DNA of 64,000 bases from Candidatus Hydrogenedentota bacterium. Lineage in GTDB: Bacteria; Hydrogenedentota; Hydrogenedentia; Hydrogenedentales; SLHB01. The notes beneath the pieces were generated by a model that did not search any database, had not been told where the DNA came from, and saw nothing but the letters and a program-made list of their open reading frames with translations. Location of the stretch: the NCBI GenBank assembly GCA_052033955.1, contig JBPOJD010000030.1:33679-97678 (forward strand), written 5' to 3'. The position numbers and the translations under genes were made by a program. Shown piece by piece: positions 1 through 9,684 of this stretch (within the stretch, counting starts at the first letter, position 1; every line of letters starts with the position of its first letter).

Positions 1-1254
1 CTGCGCGGCCACGGCCTGACGGTCGACGAGGGCGACGGCGAAGACCTGGCGGCGCTCTACCAGCGCATGGCGAAGGCCATGGCGATGACCGGGCCGGTCG
101 CGGTCGTGAACAAGCGGCCCATGGCGCCGGGCGTCCCGGGCATCGAGGGATCGCATGCCGGGCACGAGGTTGTGCGCAAGGACTACGCGATCGAGTATCT
201 GACGGCGCGCGGACACAACGAGGCCGTTGCGTATCTGAACAGCATCGAAGTGCCCAAGGTGTCCGCCACCTTCAAGGGGAGTTCCACGGATCAGGGCAGC
301 AACCGCGGCGCCTTCGGCACCATCGTGAACGGCATCCTGGACGGGATGTCCGAGGCCGCGCGGACCGAGCAGGTGCTGGTCGTGGACAGCGACCTCGAGG
401 GGTCGACGGGGCTCAATTCGATTCGCAAGGAGCATCCCGAGGTCGTCATCAACGGCGGCGTGCAGGAACGCGGCAATTTCTCGTGCGCGGCCGGGTTCGG
501 CTTCACCGAGGGCAAACAGGGCATCTTCAGCACCTTCTCGGCCTTCATCGAGATGATCATCTCGGAGGCCACGATGGCGCGCCTGAACGAGGCCAACGTC
601 ATCTGCCATTTCTCGCATGCCGGCGTCGACGAGATCGCCGACAACACCTGCCACTTCGGCATCAACATCTTTGCCGCCAACTCGGGGCTCCAGGCCCATG
701 ACACGACCCGGCTGTACTATGCCGCCGACGCGCTCCAGCTCAAGCACCTCGTCGAGGGCATCTGGAAGGACCGCGGCGTCCGCTATGTCTTCACCACCCG
801 CTCCAAGGTGCCCTATATCCTGAACGAGAAGGGCGAGAAGTTCTTCGAAAAGTACACCTTTGTGCCGGGCAAGGACGATGTCATCCGCGAGGGCAAGGAC
901 GGTTACGTGGTGAGCTACGGCGAGATGCTGTACCGCAGCCTCGACGCCGTCGAGCGCGCGCGCGAGCAGGGGCTGGACATCGGCCTGATCAACAAGTCCA
1001 CGCTCAACATCGCGGACGAGGACACCTTCAAGCGCCTGGCCTCGGCCCCCTTCGTGCTGCTGGTCGAGAGCCAGAACCGCAACAACGGCCTCGGTGTCCT
1101 GTTCGCCTCGTGGCTGCTCGAGCGCGGCATCACGCCCCGCTACGCCCACATGGGCGTCACCAAGCCCGGCCACGGCGGCACCGCCGAGCAGGTCGCCCAC
1201 CAGGGCCTGGCCCCCGAGCACATCCTCGAAAAGATCAAGGCGATGGCCGGCTGA
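1..1254 (+). CDS. tkt: Transketolase, C-terminal ~420 aa; the 5' end lies outside the window.
   Basis: The track ORF is 67..1254, and its reading frame stays open upstream to position 1. The sequence has the ThDP-enzyme pyrimidine-binding and C-terminal domains of the transketolase family, e.g. GTHDSHG-like 'EGSHAGHEV' and 'FSHAGVDEIADNTCHFGINIFAANSGL'. Confidence 0.75.
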   Translation: MRGHGLTVDEGDGEDLAALYQRMAKAMAMTGPVAVVNKRPMAPGVPGIEGSHAGHEVVRKDYAIEYLTARGHNEAVAYLNSIEVPKVSATFKGSSTDQGSNRGAFGTIVNGILDGMSEAARTEQVLVVDSDLEGSTGLNSIRKEHPEVVINGGVQERGNFSCAAGFGFTEGKQGIFSTFSAFIEMIISEATMARLNEANVICHFSHAGVDEIADNTCHFGINIFAANSGLQAHDTTRLYYAADALQLKHLVEGIWKDRGVRYVFTTRSKVPYILNEKGEKFFEKYTFVPGKDDVIREGKDGYVVSYGEMLYRSLDAVERAREQGLDIGLINKSTLNIADEDTFKRLASAPFVLLVESQNRNNGLGVLFASWLLERGITPRYAHMGVTKPGHGGTAEQVAHQGLAPEHILEKIKAMAG

Positions 1255-1356
1255 CAGCATTGCCAATCGAGCCGAATCCACAAGGCGCCCTGATCGCAGG
1301 GCGCCTTTTTTGTCATAGGCTGGACGAATGCGGCCGTTGGAGAGAGGGGCAGGACA

Positions 1357-2487
1357 ATGAAAAGACTCGCGTGGAGGACCATCTGCGTCGCGGCATGGGC
1401 CGTGCTGGCGGCGGTATCGGCCCTGGCTGCCGAGACCGGCGAACTCCCTGAGCGGGTCGTCTATGCGTTTCCGGAGAATTTCGCCACGGGCGAATTCCTC
1501 CTGTTTGTGCGGGACCGCGCCCGCACCGGACCGCACGAAATCTGGAGCTACGCGCCGGAAACCGACACGCTGCGGCACGTGATGACCGCCCCGGGGGGCT
1601 TTCCGGTCTCCCTTTCCCGCGTGGACTGCTGCGTCGTGTGGGACCACGAGGCGAAACGCCTTCACGTCGGCGGGACCGGCCGCGAGACCGTGACCCACCG
1701 CGTCGGGGGATGGGCGCCGGACGTCGAGGTCGCCGGAAAGGACCTCGAATACCACATCTTTGGACTGGTGGGGGATCCGCCGCGGCTGCTCGTGGGATAC
1801 CGCAGGACCTTCTGGACCTACTTCTCGCTCTTTGGCGATTCCGGGCAACGCACGGAGACAACCAGACGCTGGCTGGAGCTTCGCGACCCGTGGACCTATG
1901 CCAAGATCGCGACAATGGACGGGCTGAGCGAGCCGGACTTTGACCAGATAAACGGCGTCAGGAACGTGGATCACGCTACCTGCCTGACGTATTGCGGCGG
2001 GGGCGCCCGGTTCCTGTCGCTCGAGCCCCTCCGGTTTGAGGGTGTTGATATCGGGTTTGTCCCCGCATACCTTGGGGGTTACCACCCAACGTTCCGCGAC
2101 GACGGGCAGACCGTGGTTCAGCGGCTCCAGATCGATGCCGCCGCGCGAACGGTTACGGTCGAGGAGACCGAGGTGGGCCAATGGCCCCTGCACATTCGTC
2201 TTGGCGCGTTGCGAGACGGCCTTTACCTTGTGAAGTCCGACCAAAAGGCCCAGACCATCGAGGTGCATTCTACGCCGGGGCGCGAACCGGTGGTCGCAAC
2301 CACCATCGAGCCGGGGCGCGACGCCTTCCACGTCCACGGCACCGGGCAGTACGTCATTACCTACGACGGAAACAACAGCCCCGCCTGCGACACCGCCGAC
2401 GTGTGGGCACTGACCTCGGACGGGACGCTGGTCAAGACGCGCACGCTGGAATTCCCGGCCCCCGAACAGATGCCGACCAAGAAGTGA
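1357..2487 (+). CDS. Hypothetical secreted protein.
   Basis: The N-terminus is a signal peptide (MKRLAWRTICVAAWAVLAAVSALAAE). The 376-aa ORF has protein-like composition. I recognise no domain. Confidence 0.55.
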   Translation: MKRLAWRTICVAAWAVLAAVSALAAETGELPERVVYAFPENFATGEFLLFVRDRARTGPHEIWSYAPETDTLRHVMTAPGGFPVSLSRVDCCVVWDHEAKRLHVGGTGRETVTHRVGGWAPDVEVAGKDLEYHIFGLVGDPPRLLVGYRRTFWTYFSLFGDSGQRTETTRRWLELRDPWTYAKIATMDGLSEPDFDQINGVRNVDHATCLTYCGGGARFLSLEPLRFEGVDIGFVPAYLGGYHPTFRDDGQTVVQRLQIDAAARTVTVEETEVGQWPLHIRLGALRDGLYLVKSDQKAQTIEVHSTPGREPVVATTIEPGRDAFHVHGTGQYVITYDGNNSPACDTADVWALTSDGTLVKTRTLEFPAPEQMPTKK

Positions 2488-2543
2488 CGGCCCAAGGGTA
2501 GGTGAAGCGGCCGGCGAGTGGTGTGATCTCGAACGGCGGGCGC

Positions 2544-2963
2544 CTAACAGCCGGCGAGTTTGTCCTTGAGGAACTTGGCGAATCCCCGGACGCCTTTGGG
2601 TCGTACTCTCGTTTCCGTCAAGTCGTCACTTCCGCATTCGATGAAACCAAATCCGCCTTCCGCCCGGCGCGGTGCATGCAATGTCGAGTGAAGCGACGCA
2701 CGAATACTGGCAGGGTCGCCGGGAGCCAGTTCATCTGCCAAAGCGGAAAGCGCCTGCTGGTCAGTGCGCAGGACGCGAAACACAGCGTCCGCCGTATCGC
2801 GATCCTGAACGAGATCGACTTCCCCCCACTCAAGCGCCTGTACGAAGCCTTCGCTCACCAACGCCTTGTCGGCCAGCATTCGCCGGGTATACCCTGCGCA
2901 GCCCCGCAGATACTCGAGTGCGGCGCCGATTCGTGTTGCATGGATGGTATTGAGCGCGGCCAT
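2544..2963 (-). CDS. Hypothetical protein, 139 aa, downstream gene of a two-gene cassette in a GC dip.
   Basis: The ORF sits 2 bp downstream of the 2966..3295 gene on the same strand, and local GC is about 55-57% against roughly 67% around it. It may belong to a HEPN/nucleotidyltransferase-type pair, but I could not confirm any motif. Confidence 0.45.
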   Translation of the reverse strand: MAALNTIHATRIGAALEYLRGCAGYTRRMLADKALVSEGFVQALEWGEVDLVQDRDTADAVFRVLRTDQQALSALADELAPGDPASIRASLHSTLHAPRRAEGGFGFIECGSDDLTETRVRPKGVRGFAKFLKDKLAGC

Positions 2964-2965
2964 GG

Positions 2966-3295
2966 TCAGGATCTCTCTGCGTTTCTTGAGGCCTCGATGT
3001 CCTCTAGGTACTTTTTGTGGATAACCCGCATGTGCTGCCGAATGCCCCAGTAGACATCGACCCCGTCCATTTTCCTACGATACAACACCGGGTTCGTGAG
3101 CCGCAATTCCGTCAACGCGTCCAATTTCTTGGCGACTCGCTCCATATCCCGGCGGAAGCCCGCCCGGTCGTCCTGGTCGGGGATATAGGCGCCGAGAATC
3201 TTGGCCGCCAGTACCAGTTTGCGGAGTTCGTCTTCCTTCGGGTGTAATCCCCGCTTGAAGAAGCCTTTCCATAGTGATTGCCACTTCACCGACAC
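2966..3295 (-). CDS. Hypothetical protein, 109 aa, upstream gene of the two-gene cassette; possibly HEPN-like.
   Basis: The protein is predicted helical and forms an operon-like pair with 2544..2963. The C-terminal stretch 'IRQHMRVIH' fits a loose Rx4-6H pattern. Confidence 0.45.
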   Translation of the reverse strand: MSVKWQSLWKGFFKRGLHPKEDELRKLVLAAKILGAYIPDQDDRAGFRRDMERVAKKLDALTELRLTNPVLYRRKMDGVDVYWGIRQHMRVIHKKYLEDIEASRNAERS

Positions 3296-3446
3296 GTCCC
3301 CACCTGCTGACCCCCGCCGTTACCCATACAACGGCTGACGGTAGCGGAATAACCAGGGGCGTGTCAATGACCCTGTGTAGCTAGTATACCAGATAATCCC
3401 TGATTGGCAAGCGCGAATTCCGCAAACCCCGCGATCCCCGAGAGCC

Positions 3447-5444
3447 CTACAGGCCCTCCTCGATCTGGCGCCGCTCCAGGGCCATCAGGCGGTCGCGGTA
3501 CTCGGCGGCCTTCTCGAACTCCATCTTGTCGGCGGCGTCTTTCATCTGCTTGCGCAGCTTCTGCATGGTCTTCTGGAGGTTCTGTCCGGTCAGGTAGAGG
3601 TCGGCGTCCTCGGCGGCCATCGAGACGGTGACGTAATCGCGCTCGTGGATGCTCTGCATGACGTCGGCGATCTTCTTCTGCACGGACCGCGGCGTGATCT
3701 TGTGGGCCTTGTTGTAGGCGAGCTGTTTCTCACGGCGGCGCTTCATCTCGTCGAGCGCGCGCGCCATGGAGCCGGTCGTGGTGTCGGCGTACATGATGAC
3801 GCGGCCGCCCACGTGGCGGGCCGCGCGGCCGCAGGTCTGGATCAGGCTCGTCTGGGACCGCAGATAGCCCTCCTTGTCCGCGTCCAGGATCGCCACGAGC
3901 GACACCTCGGGGATATCGAGCCCCTCCCGCAGCAGGTTGATGCCGACCAGCACGTCGTATTCGCCCTTGCGCAGGCTGCGCATCAGTTCGATGCGTTCGA
4001 GGGTCTCGACGTCCGAGTGCATGTACCGCACGCGGACGCCGAGGTCGGTGTAATACGCGGTGAGGTCCTCGGCCATGCGTTTGGTGAGCGTGGTCACAAG
4101 CACCCGCTCGCCGCGGCCGGCGCGGACGCGGATTTCATCGAGCAAATCATCCACCTGGTTGCCCGCGGGGCGGACCTCGACCTCGGGGTCGACCAGCCCG
4201 GTGGGCCGCACAACCTGCTCCACAATCAACCCCTCGCTCTGCCGCAACTCGTATTCGGCGGGCGTGGCGCTCACGTACAGCCGCCACGTCGCCTTGCGCT
4301 CGAATTCGTCGAACTTCAGCGGCCGGTTGTCCCGTGCGGACGGCAGACGGAACCCGTAATCGACCAACTTGTCCTTGCGCGACCGGTCGCCGCGGTACAT
4401 GGCGCCGATCTGCGGCACGGTGATGTGGCTCTCGTCGATGACGATAAGCGCGTCGTCGGGAAAGTAGTCAATCAGGGTGAAGGGCGGCTCGCCGGGCATG
4501 CGTCCGTCGAGGTGGCGCGAGTAGTTCTCGATGCCGCTGCAGTACCCGAGTTCGCGCATCATCTCGATGTCGTACATCGTGCGCTGTTCGAGACGTTCGG
4601 CGTAGAGCAGCCTGTTGTCGGCGCGCAGCTCGTCCAGCCGCTGGGAGAGTTCCACCTTGATGCCGTCGATGGCATGGAGCAGGACGTCGCGTGTGGTGGC
4701 GTAGTGGGAGCCCGGGTGGATGACGACCCGGCCCATGCGCCGGTGCGTGACCCCGCGCAGCGGGTCGATGGCCGAGATCGCGTCAATCTCATCGCCAAAG
4801 AACTCGACGCGAATCGCCGTGTCCGCCTCGTAGGCGGGGAAGATGTCCACAACGTCGCCGCGCACGCGGAAGGTGCCGCGATGGAAATCAACGTCGTTGC
4901 GGGTGTACTGCATCGCCACGAGGCCCGCGAGTACATCCTCCCGCGACCGCTCGATGCCGGTCTCGAGTTCGAGGCGCAGGCCTTGGTACATCTCGGGCGA
5001 TCCGATGCCGTAGATGCACGATACGCTGGCCACAATAAGGCAGTCGCGCCGCGTCAGCACCGCGCGCGTGGCCGAGTGACGCATCTTGTCGATCTCATCG
5101 TTGATCGACGAGTCTTTCTCGATGTAGGTATCGGTGGTCGGGATGTACGCCTCGGGCTGATAGTAGTCGTAGTAGCTGACAAAGTACTCGACGGCATTCT
5201 CCGGGAAGAGGTCCTTGAACTCCTGGTAGAGCTGGGCGGCGAGGATCTTGTTCGGCGCGATGACGAGCGTGGGCCGGTTCAGCTCGGCGACCACGTTGGC
5301 CACGGTAAAGGTCTTGCCCGAGCCGGTCACGCCCAGCAGGACCTGCTCGCGGATGCCGTCGCGCAGGTTCTGGGCGAGGCTCTCGATGGCCCGGGGCTGG
5401 TCGCCCTGAGGGGTGAAGGTGCTGACGATCCGGAACTGGTCCAT
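3447..5444 (-). CDS. uvrB: Excinuclease ABC subunit B (UvrB).
   Basis: The protein has the helicase motif I 'GVTGSGKTF', the UvrB interaction and beta-hairpin regions, and the C-terminal UVR domain ('[27 protein letters not shown]'). It is 665 aa. Confidence 0.95.
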   Translation of the reverse strand: MDQFRIVSTFTPQGDQPRAIESLAQNLRDGIREQVLLGVTGSGKTFTVANVVAELNRPTLVIAPNKILAAQLYQEFKDLFPENAVEYFVSYYDYYQPEAYIPTTDTYIEKDSSINDEIDKMRHSATRAVLTRRDCLIVASVSCIYGIGSPEMYQGLRLELETGIERSREDVLAGLVAMQYTRNDVDFHRGTFRVRGDVVDIFPAYEADTAIRVEFFGDEIDAISAIDPLRGVTHRRMGRVVIHPGSHYATTRDVLLHAIDGIKVELSQRLDELRADNRLLYAERLEQRTMYDIEMMRELGYCSGIENYSRHLDGRMPGEPPFTLIDYFPDDALIVIDESHITVPQIGAMYRGDRSRKDKLVDYGFRLPSARDNRPLKFDEFERKATWRLYVSATPAEYELRQSEGLIVEQVVRPTGLVDPEVEVRPAGNQVDDLLDEIRVRAGRGERVLVTTLTKRMAEDLTAYYTDLGVRVRYMHSDVETLERIELMRSLRKGEYDVLVGINLLREGLDIPEVSLVAILDADKEGYLRSQTSLIQTCGRAARHVGGRVIMYADTTTGSMARALDEMKRRREKQLAYNKAHKITPRSVQKKIADVMQSIHERDYVTVSMAAEDADLYLTGQNLQKTMQKLRKQMKDAADKMEFEKAAEYRDRLMALERRQIEEGL

Positions 5445-5453
5445 GGCCGCCGC

Positions 5454-7475
5454 TCAGACCTTCGAGCGGCGTTTGACCGAGGTCGTGGCGACCTCGCGAA
5501 CGCCAGGGACCGCACGCAGCGTGCGCAGCACGTGCTCGGTGCTCTCCTCGTCGGACGATTCAAAGACGAAATCGAAGAAGCCGAGGCCGTTGTCCTCCGG
5601 ATGCAGCGTCGCGCGCAGGATGTCGATGTTCATCGGGCGGATGGCGTTGGTGATGTCGGCGAGCACATTGGGCCGCTGCACGATGTTCACGCGCATCGCG
5701 GTCTCGAAGTGGCCCTCGCCTTCCCACGAGGCCTCCATGATGCGCGCGGGATCACGCTTGGTGTTCAGAAAGCTGCGGCAGTCCACACGGTGAACCGTGA
5801 CGCCCGGATTCTTGGTGACATAGCCCAGGACGGGTTCGCCGGGCATCGGGTTGCAGCATTTGCCGAACTGCATCAGCATGTTCTTGGTGCCCTGAATCCG
5901 GATGAGCTTCTGGCGCGTGGCCTCGTCCACCTGGCGCACGACCCGCCGCGGGGCCGGGGGCGCCGGGGCAGGGCGCGGCTTGTCCGGCAGGGCGTCCATG
6001 GGGGACTCGATCGGTTCGAGTTCGCCCATCTCGCGCAGCCGTTGCCGGATCCGGGTGCGGGCGCGGCCCGTCACGACGATATCGAGCCAGCTCAGGTGCG
6101 GGGTCTGGTTCTTGGAGGTCAGGATCTCGACGACATCGCCGGTCTGCAGGTTGTACTTGAGGTTGACCATGCGCCCGTTGGCGCGCGCGCCGATGCAGCG
6201 GTTGCCGACGTCGGAGTGGATGCTGTAGGCAAAATCCAGCGGCGTGGCGCCCGCGGGAAGCTCCTTGACCTCGCCTTTGGGCGTGAACACATACACCTCG
6301 GACGCCCCGAAGTCCCGCCGCACGTTGTCCATCAGCTCCTCGGGGGCGTGGGCGTCCTCGAGCCACTCGTGCATCTGCTGGAGCCACTGCAACTGGCTGT
6401 CCAGTTTCGTGCTGCGCCGGCCGCGCTCGCCTTCCTTGTATTTCCAGTGCGCGGCGATGCCCACCCGCGCCGTGCGGTCCATTTCCTCGGTGCGGATCTG
6501 CACCTCCAGCGGCAGCCCGTTGTCGCGCATGACGGTCGTGTGAATCGACTGGTACATGTTGGCCTTCGGGATCGCGATGTAGTCCTTGAAGCGGCCCGGC
6601 ACCGGCGGCCAGACGTGGTGGACCACGCCCAGCGCGTTGTAGCATCCCGCCACCGTCTGGGTGATGATGCGCAGGGCGAGGATGTCCATGACCTGATCAA
6701 AGCTCTTTCCCTGTGACTGCATCTTCTGGTAGATGCCGTACAGGTGCTTGGGCCGGCCAAACACGCGCGCATTGACCTCGGCCTCGGCGAGCCGCACCTC
6801 GAGGAACTCGATGGTGTCCTGCAGCAGCTCTTCGCGCTCCTTGCGCTTCATGGCCACCTGGCCCGCCATTTCCTTGTACTCTTTCGGGTACAGGTAGTGA
6901 AAGGCGTGGTCTTCCAGCTCCCATTTCCACTGGGCGATACCGAGGCGGTTGGCGAGCGGCGCGTAGATATCGAGCGTCTCGCGGGAAATGCGCTCCACCT
7001 TGGCCGGCGGGAGATAACTGATCGTGCGCATGTTGTGCAGGCGGTCAGCCAGCTTGATCAGGATGACGCGCACGTCCTTGGCCGTGGCGATCAACATCTT
7101 GCGCATGTTGTAGGCTTGTTTTTCGAGATGGGGCTCGGCGGCGTTCGCGCAGGCCAGCGTGCTGATCTTCGTCACGCCGTCCACCAGCGCCGTGACCTCC
7201 TCGCCGACCTCGGCCACCAGTTGCGCCCGCGTCATCTCGGAATCCTCGAGCACGTCGTGCAAGAGGCCCGCCGCGACGGTCTTGATGTCCACACCGAGTG
7301 AACACAGAATCTTCGCGACCGCCATGCTGTGCGAAATGTAGGGTTCCCCGCTCACGCGGACCTGCCCCGAGTGGGCCTTGTTGGCCACCCGGTAGGCGTG
7401 GCGCACCAAGTCATCGTCCCCGTCCGGGAAGGTTTTTCGCACCTGCTTGAGCAGTTTTGCAAATTCTTTGCGCAT
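5454..7475 (-). CDS. rel: Bifunctional (p)ppGpp synthetase/hydrolase (Rel/SpoT family).
   Basis: The domains are an N-terminal HD hydrolase ('GLLHDVLED'), a RelA_SpoT synthetase domain, and TGS and ACT C-terminal domains. It is 673 aa and lies directly upstream of uvrB on the same strand. Confidence 0.93.
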   Translation of the reverse strand: MRKEFAKLLKQVRKTFPDGDDDLVRHAYRVANKAHSGQVRVSGEPYISHSMAVAKILCSLGVDIKTVAAGLLHDVLEDSEMTRAQLVAEVGEEVTALVDGVTKISTLACANAAEPHLEKQAYNMRKMLIATAKDVRVILIKLADRLHNMRTISYLPPAKVERISRETLDIYAPLANRLGIAQWKWELEDHAFHYLYPKEYKEMAGQVAMKRKEREELLQDTIEFLEVRLAEAEVNARVFGRPKHLYGIYQKMQSQGKSFDQVMDILALRIITQTVAGCYNALGVVHHVWPPVPGRFKDYIAIPKANMYQSIHTTVMRDNGLPLEVQIRTEEMDRTARVGIAAHWKYKEGERGRRSTKLDSQLQWLQQMHEWLEDAHAPEELMDNVRRDFGASEVYVFTPKGEVKELPAGATPLDFAYSIHSDVGNRCIGARANGRMVNLKYNLQTGDVVEILTSKNQTPHLSWLDIVVTGRARTRIRQRLREMGELEPIESPMDALPDKPRPAPAPPAPRRVVRQVDEATRQKLIRIQGTKNMLMQFGKCCNPMPGEPVLGYVTKNPGVTVHRVDCRSFLNTKRDPARIMEASWEGEGHFETAMRVNIVQRPNVLADITNAIRPMNIDILRATLHPEDNGLGFFDFVFESSDEESTEHVLRTLRAVPGVREVATTSVKRRSKV

Positions 7476-7594
7476 GGATAGTTACACGTCGGCACGCCGC
7501 CATCGCGGCCGCGCCGGAGGTTCAAGGATATAGTGTACCATGCCGCCCCCGGGCAATCCCAGCGGACCGCGATCCGCCCGGCTGAAGTAATTAC

Positions 7595-7623
7595 TTGCCA
7601 AACGGCTCCAAACTTAGTATATT
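7595..7623 (+). promoter_or_regulatory. Sigma70-type promoter TTGCCA-N17-TATATT for the M23 peptidase gene.
   Basis: The hexamers and spacing are read directly from the sequence. The track ORF 'start' TTG at 7595 is the -35 box, and the real ATG is at 7631. Confidence 0.5.
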
Positions 7624-7630
7624 ACTAGTT

Positions 7631-8191
7631 ATGCGGTGCCAAGCGTTTGTTTCGGCTCCCCAACAGACGGATCGGGACGCCTCAGCTCACCGGCCTGTTC
7701 CGTCGGCCGATCGCCGATGCACGCTGGTATTGCTCGTGGCGCTCATTGTTGGTGGTTGCACCACCATCGGGGACAATGGGCGCCACACTTCTTCCAGTCC
7801 CCCGCAGGGATGGCCCTTGCCGCCCGCCTGCCGACAGGTGACCAGCGCATTCGGGCCGCGCGCCGCCGCAACCGGCGGCCCGAGCCGCCTGCACCAGGGC
7901 ATCGACATCGCGGCCCCAAAAGGGACTCCGGTCCACGCCACCGCGCCCGGCCGGGTGGTCTTCGCGGAGTCATGGGGAGCCTACGGCCGCATCGTGGTGC
8001 TGGATCACGGCAACGGCTACGAAACCCGCTACGCCCACCTGCACCGCATCTCGGCCAAGCCGGGCCGCACCGTGCGCCGCGGCGAGGAGCTTGGGAAGGT
8101 CGGCCGCACCGGGAACGCCACCGGCTACCATCTGCACTATGAAGTGCGTCATCAGGGGCAACCGCTCGACCCCGTGCGCTTTCTTGAGTGA
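7631..8191 (+). CDS. M23 family peptidoglycan metalloendopeptidase, lipoprotein.
   Basis: The C-terminal LytM/M23 domain is present ('GIDIAAPKGTPVHA...GYHLHYEV'). The N-terminal signal peptide has a lipobox-like 'IVGGC'. I moved the start to the ATG at 7631. Confidence 0.85.
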   Translation: MRCQAFVSAPQQTDRDASAHRPVPSADRRCTLVLLVALIVGGCTTIGDNGRHTSSSPPQGWPLPPACRQVTSAFGPRAAATGGPSRLHQGIDIAAPKGTPVHATAPGRVVFAESWGAYGRIVVLDHGNGYETRYAHLHRISAKPGRTVRRGEELGKVGRTGNATGYHLHYEVRHQGQPLDPVRFLE

Positions 8192-8208
8192 CACACCCGC
8201 CAAACGAT

Positions 8209-8238
8209 TTGTCAGAATCCGATTTATTTTGATACAAT
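8209..8238 (+). promoter_or_regulatory. Sigma70-type promoter TTGTCA-N18-TACAAT upstream of the sigma54 regulator gene.
   Basis: The elements sit in an AT-rich patch 40-70 bp upstream of the ATG at 8278. Confidence 0.45.
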
Positions 8239-8277
8239 ACGACCGATACCCTTTTCTTAACTGTCGCGATAAGCAAC

Positions 8278-9636
8278 ATGCACATTGACCGTCCATATCG
8301 AGTGTTGATAGCGAGCCCAGACGCGCCGTACGCGCGCGTGCTCGAAAACCACATCCAAATCGATGGGTACGAGACCGAGCGGGTGTCGGACGCGCCCGGG
8401 GTCCTGCGCCTGCTGGGGCGGCGCGCCTACGATGTGATTCTGCTGGACCTGCACCTGACCGAGGACGTGGACGTCCATCTCGTGTCCTATGCGCGGCGCA
8501 AGCTGCCCCAGGCGCAACTCATCCTGCTTTTCGACAGCCATCAGGTGGACCGGGCGATCGAGGGGCTGCGGCAGGGGGCCTACTTCTACCTTCCCAAGAG
8601 CTGCCAGCCGTCAGACGTGGCACTGGTGGTCAACAAGGCGATGCGGACGCTCCAGGCCCAGGCACGGATCAGCCAGTACGAACAGACCCTCTTCGAGGAG
8701 ATGGCCGGGAGCACCCCGGCGATGAAGCGGGTCATCGAGCTGATCACGAAGGTCGCCCCAACCGACAGCACGGTGCTGCTGCTCGGCGAGAGCGGCACCG
8801 GCAAGGAGGTGGTGGCCAACACCCTCCACCGCCTCAGCAACCGGCGCGACCAGCCGTTCATCGCGATCAACTGCGCCGCGCTGCCCGAGCAATTGCTCGA
8901 GAGCGAGATGTTCGGGCACGTCAAGGGGGCCTTTACCGGCGCGGACAGCGACAAGCGGGGTCTGTTCGAGGAAGCCGACGGCGGCACGATCTTCTTGGAC
9001 GAGATCGGAGACATGTCGCCGCTCACCCAGTCCAAGCTGCTCCGGGTGCTCCAGAGCGGCGAAACCCGGCGGGTCGGCTCGAACGCGCCCCAGCGCGTGG
9101 ACGTACGGGTCGTCGCGGCCACCAACGTGGACCTGGTCGAAGCGGTGCAGGCGAAGCGATTCCGTGAGGACCTGTATTTCCGGCTCAACGTCATCCAGAT
9201 CCGCATCCCGCCGCTGCGCGAGCGCATGGACGCCCTCCCGATGCTGGTCAACCACTTTCTCCAGCGCTACAACACCAAATATGGAAAGACGATACGCGGC
9301 GTGGATCCCCACGCCCAGGTTCTGCTCCGCACCTACACCTACCCGGGCAACGTGCGGGAACTGGAGAGCATCATCGCCCACGCGGTCATCATGAACGACG
9401 GCGACGAGATCCGGGCGCAGGACCTGCCCGACCACGTCCGTTTTGGAACTGGGCCGCAGCTTGCGCTGCCGGATTACGCCTCCGAGGCCCTTCCGACGCT
9501 GTCGGAGATGGAGGCCCGGCTCATCCGGACGGCCCTCGAGCGCCTGGACGGCAACCAGACCGAGGCGGCGCGGCAACTGGGCATTTCCCGGTCTACCTTG
9601 TGGCGAAAAATCAAGGAATACGATATAACCCAATAG
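8278..9636 (+). CDS. Sigma54-dependent response regulator (NtrC family): receiver domain, AAA+ sigma54 activator domain and Fis-type HTH.
   Basis: The receiver domain has the Asp in 'ILLDLHL'. The AAA+ domain has the Walker A 'GESGTGKE', the GAFTGA loop ('GAFTGA') and 'ESELFGH'. The C-terminal HTH is 'QTEAARQLGISRSTLWRKIKEY'. Confidence 0.92.
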   Translation: MHIDRPYRVLIASPDAPYARVLENHIQIDGYETERVSDAPGVLRLLGRRAYDVILLDLHLTEDVDVHLVSYARRKLPQAQLILLFDSHQVDRAIEGLRQGAYFYLPKSCQPSDVALVVNKAMRTLQAQARISQYEQTLFEEMAGSTPAMKRVIELITKVAPTDSTVLLLGESGTGKEVVANTLHRLSNRRDQPFIAINCAALPEQLLESEMFGHVKGAFTGADSDKRGLFEEADGGTIFLDEIGDMSPLTQSKLLRVLQSGETRRVGSNAPQRVDVRVVAATNVDLVEAVQAKRFREDLYFRLNVIQIRIPPLRERMDALPMLVNHFLQRYNTKYGKTIRGVDPHAQVLLRTYTYPGNVRELESIIAHAVIMNDGDEIRAQDLPDHVRFGTGPQLALPDYASEALPTLSEMEARLIRTALERLDGNQTEAARQLGISRSTLWRKIKEYDITQ

Positions 9637-9684
9637 GCACGGATCGAGACACGGCGCGAGGCCGCCCTGAAAGGACACACACCG

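Noticed and set aside
2502-3053. This is a 183-aa plus-strand ORF across the low-GC cassette.
   Set aside because: It overlaps the two minus-strand ORFs, which form a tight operon-like pair and have more protein-like sequence. The plus-frame product is Cys/Arg-rich with no features.
5752-6645. This is a 297-aa minus-strand ORF inside rel.
   Set aside because: It is an alternative frame of the rel gene on the same strand, and its product is Arg/Gly/Pro-rich low complexity.
3645-6716. This is a 1023-aa plus-strand ORF.
   Set aside because: It lies entirely antisense to uvrB and rel, which are unambiguous. Its composition is Arg/Ala/Gly/His-rich low complexity typical of antisense frames in high-GC DNA.
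7595-7630. The track places the start of the M23 peptidase ORF at a TTG.
   Set aside because: The TTG is part of a TTGCCA -35 hexamer with a TATATT -10 box 17 bp downstream, so the ATG at 7631 is the real start. The same situation applies at 36958, where the TTG lies inside TTGTCA.
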